The notes under the pieces: generated by a model
The model's database searches: none
The model's input: the letters and a program-made list of their open reading frames with translations, nothing else
What the model was told of the DNA's origin: nothing
Source: Sphagnum compactum
Lineage: Eukaryota
Assembly (NCBI GenBank): GCA_965153455.1
Contig: OZ234494.1
Span: forward strand, 6,510,001 to 6,574,000
Direction: 5' to 3'
DNA: 64,000 nucleotides
Translations under genes and position numbers: made by a program
Shown here: one piece after another, positions 26,001 through 38,308 of the stretch
Position numbering within the stretch: the stretch's first letter is position 1
How the letters are laid out: every line of letters begins with the position of its first letter

Positions 26001-27789
26001 CAAGCACCTCCAGATATGAGAATCCAGGGAACGACTATGGAGCATGCATGTAAACACACTCTATGGGATTGAGTGTTGGTAGGACAGGTGAGACACTCTA
26101 CCTCTGTGCTGCCGTAGAGATTCAAAATGGTGGTGCATGGCATTGCACTTGCAAGATCTTTCCAAAGCTGGATGGAAAGGAGCTCACCACTTAGAATCAA
26201 TAAACGCAAGGTGTCTGTAAGAGCCTGGCCATCTTTACCTTCTACTTGCAAAGCTGGAAGCAGCAGGTGCATCAATGACGGCACTGCTGTCATTTGTGTT
26301 ACACCATATGCCTGCCAAACATGGAGCAATGGTCTTTTGTTCCCATTCAAGAAAGTTCAAATTCAAGTGCATTCACAAAGCAGACAAAAATAGGAAATTG
26401 ATGACAACAAACCTTGACAAAGCTCAGTAAAGAAAGAGGATTCTCTTTGCATGTCTCTGGAGAAGGAATAAGCAAGGGTGTGCCTGCAAGGAGAGGGCCA
26501 AAAGCCTCTGTCAGATGATCAACAAAACCCACTGAAGACTTGAAACATGCCAAATCATTTCTCTGGTGGGGGTATGCCTTCTCCATCCATTGTAGCCGAT
26601 TCATGAGGCCTGCATTTTGCACCAAGCAAAGCAGATCAGAAGAGCTACAAGTGTGTGTGTATAAAGTAGCACCTGAACAAGCCAAAGAGACACACCTCAC
26701 AGTCACAGAAGGCAGCAAAGAAATTCTACCTTCTTCTGTACCACAAACTCCTTTTGGAGTACCAGACGAGCCAGAAGTGTACAGTAGGTAGCAAAATGTG
26801 CACTTCCCAGTACAATGCCAAGTTTGTGTGTGCACATGTCGTCCTGCCTTCTCATCAGTCTTGATCCATCCTTCCTCCAGCCACAAGACAGTGCAGCTGG
26901 AAGAAGAATCTAATGCATCCGCAAATTCCATTGCTGTCATGTGAGGTGCCCATTTCCGGTGCCTGCAACCAAGAATTAGAGAGACCTTTGAATGTGTCAC
27001 CACAGTCTTGAGCCTCTCTAGGGGCCAGGAGGGATCCAATGGAACAAAGGCAGCTCCTGCTCTCAGGACTGCCAATACAGCCACCAAATACTCTGCCGAC
27101 TGGACCATCCATATTCCCACTGTCTTTGGTGATACAGAAACTATGTCGGGGTGGAGTTGCTGCCTCTCAGGCTCTGCCAAGAGATAGGGTAGATGAGATG
27201 ATGCACGATCTAATTCAACCAGAGTGGACCTATGTAAGGCCTGCACCATAAACCCTAACCCTAAACCCATTGCCACCTTAGCAAAGCACTGATACCCTAA
27301 ATCACTCATGCAAAGTCTATATCACCGGGAAATGCACTTCGCATGGAAAATATCGCGGCAGAAGATGACAAGATCTCTAACCCACAACACGAAATCCACA
27401 AACAAATTCAAGAAATATTGCTTTTCCGTCTCACCTTCTTCTTCTTCTTCTTCTTCTTCTTGCGAGCTACCAGGAGTGGGTATTGCCAGTCCTCGAGCTA
27501 GAAGACAGCCCAATGATTCCACAGCGACTCGAAGCTCGTCGTAGCTATATACAACATCCCTGGGGAAAACTGGGACGACGCCACCATCGTTCTTACCCAA
27601 TTGATCCGTGGCTGTTGTTGTCGCTTGCACCTGTTCCTGGCACTCTCGCTGCAGCTGCTGCTCATGGACATGAGACACTGATGATTCCCGAGGGGTGAAG
27701 AAGGCATGGATGATTGCAAGGTGATTCGGGAGGCGAGCCGCCGTGCGCAGGAACCAATGCAGCAGACAGCAAGAGGACGCCATCGCCAT
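20097..27789 (-). CDS. AASDH: Single-module NRPS-like acyl-activating enzyme (A domain - PCP/thiolation domain - PQQ-type beta-propeller); AASDH/ACSF4 (beta-alanine-activating enzyme) / Arabidopsis AAE19 family
   Basis: 16 GT-AG exons join in frame: 27435-27789, 26730-27173, 26413-26609, 26102-26311, 25055-25912, 23976-24731, 23082-23168, 22655-22698, 22270-22378, 22089-22148, 21849-21930, 21543-21607, 21297-21356, 20951-20995, 20530-20651, 20097-20391. A-domain core motifs: [63 protein letters not shown] motif [13 protein letters not shown] repeats: CVDASPL, GRVESSA, VGCYDG..W, CGSHDH, GEVFSSP..FVGCRDN. The exon 2 acceptor was chosen by phase and pyrimidine tract. Confidence 0.93.
23413..23745. 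mobile_element. Tc1/mariner (pogo-like) MITE, 333 bp, in intron 6 of the AASDH gene
   Basis: 25-bp TIRs CCGTAGTACCTGGGTGGCTTCGGCA / TGCCAAAGCCGCCCAGGTACTACGG (2 mismatches) flanked by TA on both sides. Confidence 0.88.
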
Positions 27790-27825
27790 GCAACCTCTGT
27801 GTCCGTGCTCTAAAGCTCCTCACAC

Positions 27826-27882
27826 AAACCCTAATTCACTGCCACAAATTAGGTCAACACAAATGTGGGTTTGGGGTGGGCC
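27826..27882 (-). promoter_or_regulatory. Telobox (AAACCCTAA) plus Site II (TGGGCC) motifs just upstream of the AASDH start
   Basis: AAACCCTAA at 27826-27834 and TGGGCC at 27877-27882. This pairing is a known plant module, but the motifs are short and common in this genome. Confidence 0.4.
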
Positions 27883-30800
27883 CCAGTGTTGGGCGGGTAT
27901 TTGATTTTTTTGAAATGCCATCCGGTTATATACACCCATGTCACACATCTCACTCAAAACAAAAGACATATTTCTAATTCATGACTTTAAGCTCCCAACT
28001 TCCAACCCTCATTCTAAACATTAGACACCATAGGGAAAAAAGAAAAAAAACCCAAATGTTAATGGGTATCTAAATTTTGAACTCTCAACTTTCAATGTTT
28101 GGGTTTGGCTCCAAATGTAGTAACACAAAAAAAAATGTTAATAAAAAGGTTTCTAAATTTTCTGAACTCTCAACTTTGAGTTCCATTGAAAATGCAAAAT
28201 GACATTCACATGTTCATGGGCCTTTTAAGACTTACTATCTACGAGTTTTGCCCTTAAAGTTCCAATCAAAATTCATAACCATACAAAGAGTTGATGGGCC
28301 TTCTACCTTTTAAAACATTCCATTCAACATGCAAAATCATGCAAGAGCTCAATGGGCCTTTTAATGTTTAGAATGTAAAATTATCTTTAAATGCAAAACA
28401 ACAACAAAAGGTTAGTGGACCTTCAAACTTTGTAGGTAAAGTTCCATTTGAGTTCCACCCACAATGCAAAACCACATAGGAGGTCAATGGGTCTTTTAAA
28501 ATCTAAACTTTCAATCTTAAGTTGGATTCGAAATTAATCACTCCACTCAAATGTTACTGGGTTTTCTCATTTTTCACCTCTCAATCAAGATCCCCATTCA
28601 AAATTAAACAACCATGAAATCATATCTTATCAAACAAACTTACCCATAAACTTTCATATTTGATTTCACAAGACATCCATGCATATTGTAACCCTAACAC
28701 TTACACAAATCATCATCTTCTAAAAGTCATCTCATTAAACACATATGGTAGATTGCAATTAAAATTTATAATAAAATTTTCGTCAACAACTATAGTGCAA
28801 GCATTTGCCATATTTATTCTAAAAAGGCAATACCACAAAAACACATTTAAAGCTTTAAGATTACCATCACCAAAGAATCAAGATTTCTTGCATGAAAAAG
28901 TTGTATGAAAACAACACCACCATATAGTTGTAGATTTTAATAATGGAAAAGATTGTCTTTGTTTCAATTTGGCTTGTAGGAATGCTTAATATTAATCTTG
29001 TTAAAACATCAATCCAATGGGAATTTGTGTTGTTATGTGCCCCACTAAGTTAAAAACACATTTGTAGTTTTCAACATTAACATGATAATGGCGAAACATA
29101 TCAAGCTTTCTTGCCATGAAGTAAGTCTCATTGTGATTACATTTGTCATCAAAGTTTGGAACAAATCCTCATAATTCACCATCTATGAGTCATCCATTTG
29201 AAGATATTCAACCACAATTGGCATCAAAAACTTGTAGTAGTCCATAACAAAGGTGGTAGTAAGTAACCATCATATACAACAACCAAGATCAATGTATTCT
29301 CATGGACCACATAACTCATGACCAAGTGCATGGTCTTGATTTGGGATTCAACATCAACACCAACATGTTATGTCTTTTCTTCCTAGATCAAATTGATGCA
29401 TAAAATAAATAAAGGGGTGAAAAACTTCTAGTATTTAATTAATCATGCATTTTACAATTTCACCAATTGTTCTTTAAATACATTTGCATTTTGGGTTAAC
29501 CCAACTATCAAGAACAATTTGGTTAAAAAAATCAACATGAAGATCATGGCATGCATATATAACAAATTGCGAGTCATTTCCAAGGAACCAATGACCACAA
29601 CTTTGATTCAAAACATCACTAATCACAATTAGTGACAATATTTTGACCATTACTTCACAAATTACTCAAGTTCTTAGAAAAGGCAAGTGATTTTGTAATG
29701 CCATGAACTATCGATTACAACACATAACAATGGTTAATCAAAATGTTAAAGCATCTCGAAACAATAATAATCCACTTCCAAATTTGTAATGTAAATTTTA
29801 AAAACCAAAAACACCCAAATAAATGTGAAAATGAACCATCATGCATGGAAGATTGAGAAACAACATGTTAGCCTCCTTATTTCCCACAAGTTTGAACTGC
29901 CCATAAAACACAAGGGCAGAAGTGCAAAAGGAACCTTTTGTTATTTTGCTTCCACATTTACGCCCTTTAGATTGGATGGTAAAACATTGCACTTGAGAAT
30001 TTGCATTTGTCCTTGTAATGTGAAAGATCTCTTGATTACATGTGTTTTAAAAAATATCTAAGGCCACACAACCATGGTTCCCTACCTTGATTTAAACCCA
30101 CATCATACATTAGATTTTGAAGATTCCATTATAAAATTTCCTACACCATTGTAGGATTTGATTATCATGGCACCAAAAGAGTTGATTTTGTTAATGCAAT
30201 GAAAGTCTACTAATGAGCCAATCATAATGTCAATTTTTTTCTTACAAGAACCAAATCTCTTTTCGCCTTCCAAGCCCATTGTTTTACTATGCATATGATT
30301 ATTAAACATAAAACTTGTAATAACTTGTGTTATTTTTTGGGGTCACTATATCTTTGTGTAGCTTTTAAATGCAAGTTTGTTTAATTCAATCTTGTTCTTT
30401 TTAATTCACCCATCAAATGAAATCTATACTAAATTTGTTATTCCAAAGCCCTAATAAAGTCATCAATTGTGGCATCAAAAAGGTCTTTGTCTTTTTTGTT
30501 AAATTGCTACAACCAAATGTTATGAATCATTTCAAACAATTTACAAATAAACATGTTGGCATCTTCATCAATTGTTAAACCCTACACATATGTAAGTGGC
30601 AAAAAATTACAAAATTATATTACATGGGTATGATATATAACACCCTTCACATTAATCATGTGTTGTACAACAAAACTTGGTTCATGAAAAAAGAAGGAAA
30701 CAAACGAGAAAAAATCAAAGTACCTAATGAGAAAAATTGCCCCATTACTCCACTCTAAAATGCCAAAAGGATAGCCAATGGTTGAATTTTTCAAGGTCAT

Positions 30801-31062
30801 GTCCTAACGCTATTCCAAATGAATGCCACCAAAGACCTCACCACCTCATAATTTACATTGGTTTCAAGAAACGTTTTTGAATTCTTGTAATTGTTGCAAA
30901 TTTCCATGTGTTTGGCTACAAATGTGGCATTTGAATAAGTTTATTAGTGTGGGTATCCATAGACTAAACCTAATGGAAAAAATAAGTTTTTTCTCTATTG
31001 TGCAATGGTTGGAAATGGTTTCAAGATAGCCCAAACCATTAGAAGAAAATTGGGTTTTTGTG

Positions 31063-31340
31063 ACCAATCAATTTGCATCTACTTGTAACTATTCGTCGTT
31101 TGTGACTATCATTGGTTATTTCTTCAACTACTTTTTGCATTTGGTTGTGCTTACAACTATGTTACAACTTTTTTTTTCATTCTTCCATTTGAACAATTTT
31201 TAACATGGTTTTCATCCAAGAACAGCCATTTATGGTGAATTAGTTGCAAATTTGGTCAAGTGAGTTGCAAACCTATGTGCATTCAAAGTGTATTTTGAGT
31301 ATTCCATGGTGTATGGACTTATAATGGTGTAAAATATGTA
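31063..31340. repeat. Diverged dispersed repeat; inverted homologue at ~54200-54470
   Basis: Alignable blocks: TTTGTGACTA, CAT.TGAACAA, TGGTTT.CATCCAA, ATTAGTTGCAAAT.TG, CCTATG, GTGTATTT. Both copies abut very AT-rich tracts. Confidence 0.65.
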
Positions 31341-31422
31341 TTCTACTCAATAATACATGGGTGGATACTAAAATAAACATGTGTATATGAGGGATGATGT
31401 ATAATACTTGTATTATTATTAT

Positions 31423-31576
31423 CACTACAACAAAAGGTGTCCTTGTACGCCAAATGATTTCACTAGATTTTGAGTGAATTCACTAGTTGTAGTGAATGGG
31501 GACTAGTGAAGAAGCGTGAATTCACTGGTCTAGTGAACAGGGACTAGTGAACTTGCACCCACATTTTGTAGTAGTG
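31423..31576. mobile_element. Miniature non-autonomous CACTA (En/Spm) element, 154 bp
   Basis: TIRs CACTACAACAAAAGGTG / CACATTTTGTAGTAGTG (15/17 match), 3-bp TSD TAT on both sides, internal subterminal repeats ACTAGTGAA/TTCACTAG in both orientations. Confidence 0.88.
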
Positions 31577-34500
31577 TATTATTCAGTTAAAAGAAATTTC
31601 AATAATTATAGGAGATTAATTAATACAATTAATGTAACATTATTGGAAAAGTTTTATAATTATATTAATTATAAATTAATTATAGTAATTATATAATTTA
31701 TAATTGAAATTTCGTATTTTTAATTTTTGGATTTTATTTTATTTATAATTTATAATATTTTTATTGGAAAAATGTTATTTGATGTAATTATTGTAATTAA
31801 ATTACACAAACTTATTGAATTTAATATATATAATCACTTATTTTGAATAAAAGTGTTAAAATATTATTAGAACATAAATTCTTGCACTAATTAGTAACAT
31901 TTTTGAGTAATCAAAATTAATTGCACTAAAATCGATGTAATTATTTTATTAATTTATTAATTGAAGAAGTGGCATAATTTACAATTAAAATTAATTATTC
32001 ATAACTTATAACTTTTAAATAATTATTTTACAAAGATATTTAAAACTTTTGTAGTAATTTTAGTGGAATTTTTTTTAATGCAATTACGATAATTATATGA
32101 TTGTATTACAATAAATTAAAATATTAATTCATTTTTTAATATACTAAAGTGCCTTGGGGAACAATTTCCCTTGGGAACAAGCTCTTGAATGTTTGATAAT
32201 AAAACACAGGGGGTAAAATTTGTCCAAATAAAATGTTCTTTATGTCATTAAAAAGCTTTAAAAACATAGATATTTAAAATGATCTTAAATTTCAATTTGA
32301 AGCTATAAGCTAAAAATTATGATGAAAAATGTTAAGGGTCAAAATTTTCAAGTTATTTTCACCTTCGAAGAGAATGGGACTAAATTGCCCCAGTGAACAA
32401 TTTCCCCCAAGGAGAAAAGGACTATGTTCCCTTGGGGAGCAAGTTCCCAAATGACCATCCAAGGAAATTATTTAAAATTTTTCAAAAAGGTTAAGAACCA
32501 TGATTATATCTCACAGCAAAACATGGATATTTCAATAACTACCATTACAAGCCCTAACAAATGTTTTGATACATGTTTGGGGTTTAGTGCAATTTCCAAT
32601 ATTATAGCCTATATCAACTTCCACATTGACAATATGAATAATTCATTTTTTTTAAAATGTTTTTAAATTTTGATTTTTGCATGATTTATTATGATTTATT
32701 ATATGATAATTGTGAAATTATACAAAATATCACCTACAATAATTATGATGGTTTTCCACACATTCATTTCATTATTTTAAAGATTATATAATGATGAAAC
32801 TAACCTTAAAGTAAAGTACATACCCAACATTGCTTCAAACATAACAACAAATAAAATAAGAAACATTGCATGAAATTCCCAATAAAATGAATTCACAATT
32901 TAGTTCACAATAACAACATAATGATGAACATCCTTTAAAATGTGGGATTGAATGCTTATATCATAATTACAAGTTAGAGTGAACCAACATTTACATTGGT
33001 ACCTTCACCTTTTTGAATAAGGTTTTTTATTAAAAAACTAATAATCAACTGAGGAAATGTCGAAATTTAATTTAGAAAACATGATTTAGTGTAGGGATAG
33101 GACATGTATGATAAAGTTATCCATAAAGTCGAACAAGCATAACATCAAAAGCCTATGTTTGCTTGATTCATGGGACAAGGTTGAAAACCTACAAGGAAAA
33201 ACAAATACCCAGTTTGGCATGAATTAAGTTTGTGTTGACTTCCATGCCCATTTAAAACCTTATGGCAAACCAAATAAAATTTAGTGTCGCCCATGGTTCA
33301 CACGAGAAAAACTAAACCCTAAACCTTAAACCCTAAAAACTACAAGCTTTAAAAAAACATCAAAGCTACTGTAGTTATAAAAGAGGGAAAGGAAAGAGGT
33401 GCAGTTTATTGCCCTTGGGTATGACATTGAATATATACTTCAAAACTAGGGTTGTGGATCGAATTCTTGCGTGAATTTTTTATGGTGTATGATATTGATG
33501 TACTGTAACCAAAAGAAAAGGGAAAGGTCAAATAACGACTCGACCTCTCTGTTGAGTTCACTCTGACAGAAATACAATTGGGCGTTCGTCCATTAAACAA
33601 ACAACATGACAATCGCGCTAATCTAAGTCCAGAGCTTCTGTTTTCTAGTCCTACTAAACCCTAATGAGATGCACACATCACCGATGCAAAAGCCCCTTCA
33701 CTGAACTTCCTCAGACACAGTTTCTACTCATGCAAATCAACAAGACATAATTTTAGAGATTAAGATTCATAGCTCATAATTTACAGAATTTCCCCAACAG
33801 CACAAGCTTCCCCACTCTAATGTGCTTATCAAAAATCATGTATCCCACTCAGCTAAGTTGCTGGCGCAGCGAAAAGTTTCAGCAACACAGCCAAGTTCTC
33901 TACCAAAAACAGACATACAGAGTGATACGTCTATACTCTTCTAAGCTCATCTGACCTCTTCAGCTCTACCTCAGCCTCCTTAAGCAATGATCAGCTAGGA
34001 TCTAGTAAACAACTCCCGAGCTCAAAACGCTCTCCAAAAATCAGACCTCTCAGTCTATCTATCCTAATGCAACTCTCTCCTCATCTCAACTTTTTTTTTT
34101 CCGCATCAATCACAAGCTTCCCTTCTCCCTTACTCAACGGCCGCCGTGCCTTCCACTTCGGCTCATCAATGCAGCTCCACTCCTTCCCATCATTCGCGCC
34201 GCCTCCTTCCTATACAACATCTCACACACACCCAGAGAGAAACCTCCCCATGCACTTCCATGCAGCAGTAATGGAGAGACTGCCGCAGCAAAATGACGGC
34301 TAATAAAGTAAAATTAAACCTCAGAAGCAGGTAGTGTTCACACTGGTGTGGTGACCTATTGTTTGGTCACAGTACATCAATTAAATATAAAACAATTTAG
34401 AAATTAAATTTTTTTGGATGAAATTTCATTCAAAAAATGTGTTTTTTTGCATTTGTTTAGTAATGAATGCATAATAATATCTTATTTTTAAGAAAAAACC

Positions 34501-37194
34501 ACTACCATATCAAAGAGGAAGAGATCTGATAGATGGGCATTGCATTATTTTTTCATGAATCATAAATATGAGGCCCTATCGTTGTTGAAAAATTATAAGT
34601 TATATATTCTTTGTACATTGATTTTATCCAATCCTCCTCATTTAATCATTGGATCAAAATGAATTTTGACTCAAAATGAACTTTGAGTTCAAAAATGTTG
34701 TTGTGCAAATTCTAAAGTTATTTACTTGTGTTTAGGATAACCAAAGGATGCCATCAAGATATTAGCTTACTGCGTACTATAATACTTGTTATACATCACC
34801 TTTTTTGATCAAAAGTGGTTCACCCTTAGTGTGCTCTCACCCAAAACTTTAATTCTAAATATTAAATAAAGAAGTTGTATGTAATATCCATAGGTAGTAG
34901 CCAATAGTTAATGGTCAATAGCAAATAGCCATAGCTAGTAACCAATATCCAATTTACTTAAGAGGTGAACAACCCTGGAGTGGAAAAAAAATAGTTTTAT
35001 GTGCCCATGTTGGGGTTCCTATCTTGGGTTTTCCCACTTTGGACCCCACCTGGACGCCTATATTGAGATTTTAAGGACAACAGTAAATAAGGGATAAAAG
35101 AAGGGGGGAAAAAAAGGGCCCAACTGGGCATCACTTTATAGATAACTCTAAAATTTGGGCTTGTAAGTTGTAACCTTGGTAGTATTATAAATGTTAATTC
35201 ACCCATGGTAAAATTATTGGCTAGAATGAACCACCACCCACCCTTGCACCATCCATTGGATGCCTGTTATAACTAATGTTGTGCGGGTATAACTTTGACC
35301 CAGATATACCCACTAGGTATGGATAGGGTATATTGTATATCCTAACTTGAAAATAAATTTATCCTAATGAGGTGCATATCCTAGGATATGTAAAATCTGA
35401 AAATTTATAACCTATTCAGAACCTCTAATATATTTTTAAAATACCCTTACCCAAAAGTGGATATATTTAGGCATTTGGGTAAAAAAAAATTTGGGTAAAA
35501 AGATTAAAATTTAAAACCCTAACTACGCCACCATATGGACTACTGCTCTTATGTGTTACTGATTATATCACTATTGTCTCACAATGCCATTTTTTCCCTA
35601 ACTGTTGCTATTGATGTTATTTTGAAGCTTGCATAGATTAACAAATAATTTCACTTGACAATGCAAATATCCATGGCAAGAGGTCAAAAAAATCTTCCAT
35701 CATTGTCCAAGACCAAGGAAAGGCCAGAAAAACATTTGAATAATCATCTCATGTTGAAGGTTAAACTTATTTATTTGGAGTTATTAGGTTTTAGCAACAT
35801 TGAACAATCACCTTTTATTGTGGAAAGTTTTATTGTGTTCTTTTATTGTGTTTATCTAATGTTTTTTCTCTTATAATTTGTTTATTGAATTTATTTTGTT
35901 GTTGGGGCTATTTATTTGTGCATTATGTTTACTAGAACCCAAAAGAGGAAAATTGTGTAATGGATTAAAAAAGTTTTTTTTTTTTTTTTTTTTTGGGGGC
36001 TCTTTGTGGACCCACAATTTTTTTCACCATTTTTATCAAATCAATTACATGTTTTTCTTTCCTTTGTGGGCCCACATGACTTTTGTCATTTTGTTCTACA
36101 TTAATTTTTTTCCATCTAAAGCCAATGGCGAAAAAAATCTCATCATTTATTTATTTTTTGAATAGTTTTATGTAGCATGGAAACAAGAATATATTTCTAT
36201 GTTGTGTTTATTGGCCATGTGGCCTTCTAATATGTGATCAAACCACATTATTTGAAAGGATTTTTTTTTCTTATCCAACTTGCAAGTTAGAAACATAATC
36301 TATGGTAGGAGTTTTTTTCGGGTCCTTTATAATGATGATATCCCATATAATGGAGGTAACACAACATAAACCTTATTAAAATTCAGATGTCAATTAAATT
36401 ATATTTGTATTGATGAAAATTTTGATGCTCTTTGTTGGTTGTTATCTTGTAGTGGCTTAAACAATATACATATACAAGCCATGGTTTTCTATGCAATAAC
36501 AATTAACTTCACATTATTTGATAGGTGGATGGAAAAGGTAAGTGTAACTTTTGTATTTTTATGATAAGTTTTATGCATGGGATGTGCAGAATGCATGATT
36601 ATTATAACAATTCATTGTTTATTTTACTAGGTGGAAAGAATAATAGGTTAAATCATCAACAATATGTCAAGGCAAGATCTTAAAAAGTTGTTGGAATTGA
36701 AATCCAAATGGTGTTTCTTGAATTGGGTTCCTTGGGCATTATACGTATCCATATAAGGATTGAAGGTGACTAGTTGGGCATTTGAAAATATGTATGCAAG
36801 AAGGGAGGGGTGCATTGTGTTGTTGAAATTTGAAAGTGGAAGATGTGGAGTCAACATATTATATTATGAACATGGTGATTATATCTTGAATATAAAAAGT
36901 ATATTTTATATTCATAAAGGCTTCATAGTATTCTCATTTTGTGTGTATGTTTAACATTAAATAGTTGAATTCATTTTTTTAATTGTCTTTACATTTTGAC
37001 ATAAGGATTTATGCATTACATCTCATTGAATTTGGGCCTTTGAAATCTATTTTAGCACAGACAATTTCTTTTATTTTTAATTAACTAAATTAATGATACA
37101 TACCCGTTTTTTAAAATCCCAACCATGAATATATAATTAAAGATATCCATACCCTACCCATCTGCCAGAAATCATAATGAAAAAAAACTTAGTT

Positions 37195-37539
37195 GACCTA
37201 ACCACCATGGTTAATTAAATAAGGAACTAAAAGCCAATGGAAAACCTAATTTCCTACCTATTGATACCAACCCACTTGTGGGTTTGTTAAGTAGGTATGA
37301 AAATAAAAAGGCAAGTGAGCTAACCACAACCGATAATTAGTAGTGAACTGGAAGCCAACGGAAAACCTATTTTCCTCCCTATATATATTAACAAGATTTT
37401 AAGTGGCCAGGGTTTCGATAGATACATGCGGAATGTCGTATATAAAGAGGTTTTGGAAATGTAGTTTGTAATTGTAATTTTGTAATATGTACTGTCAAAT
37501 GCACACACACCTGTGCATTAGGCACGGGGTTCAGACTAG
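37195..37539 (+). mobile_element. Helitron 3' terminus upstream of NEMP
   Basis: Hairpin CCTGTGC-ATTAG-GCACGGG followed after ~7 nt by CTAG|T. It is preceded by two ~120-bp-spaced direct repeats (CTAACCAC...AAGCCAA.GGAAAACCTA.TTTCCT.CCTA). The 5' end was not located. Confidence 0.7.
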
Positions 37540-38308
37540 TATACTAACAACCAACTTTTGAGTTGTAGCAGTGCTCAGAATGTGACCGTGCACAAAAGAA
37601 TTTGGATGAAGAAAAGTCTCAGCGAAATAGTTTTGGCCCAGCATTTGTTTTGCACAGTTTGCTTGCTGAGACTGGTAAGGGGTACAGGGAAAGCCTTACA
37701 CTTGTCATAATGATTGGTCCAGGTGGTTTGCTATTAGTAGTCTCTCTATATATCCGAGTGTTTTTTTCCGGTCTTCTTCTTCTTCTTCTTCTTCATTTGG
37801 TTGCAGACTTTTTATTTTTGTGTCTTAGGGTTAGGGTTTCAGTGTACTGCAATTTGACGCATGGTGGGTGGAAGGAGGAGTTTTCAAGGAAGAACGGGAG
37901 TGAGTGAGTGAGTTCAATCCTTGTTTAAGGATTTCGGATGTTTGGGAAACGACGATGGCAGAAGAGGTTCTTTTGTTTGTGTGCATGTGATGATCGATCA
38001 GCAGAATAGAGTACATTTAGGGTTGTCAGTTTGTGGAGAAAGAGAACTATACTTGACTTGAGTGAAGAAATAGGACAGGTATGCCGGCCTGCGGGCGGAA
38101 GAATGTTTGGGAGAAATAATTCTGCGAGTAATCAGTCAATCCGTAGAGAATGGAAATCGAAGAGTTGGTCGTTCCTTCTGGTTTCAAGCCGCCAGTGAGT
38201 AGTTAGTAGTTGGTTTTAGCGTGGCAGAGATCTTGGTGGAAGGGGAAGGAGATCAGAGAGGAATCAAAGAACAGGAGGGGAGGGAGATTGATTCATGTTC
38301 ATGTTACC

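Noticed and set aside
24094..27977. Antisense and alternative-frame ORFs overlapping AASDH (similarly over TSPO, maspardin and ANT)
   Set aside because: Shadow ORFs of real coding exons.
28900..31030. LINE or transposase remnant
   Set aside because: Looks like decayed TE coding DNA, but no diagnostic motif could be recovered. The same applies to 5200-6400 and 9900-13900.
33563..33585. miR156 (TGACAGAA...)
   Set aside because: Only the first 8 nt match and there is no star arm.
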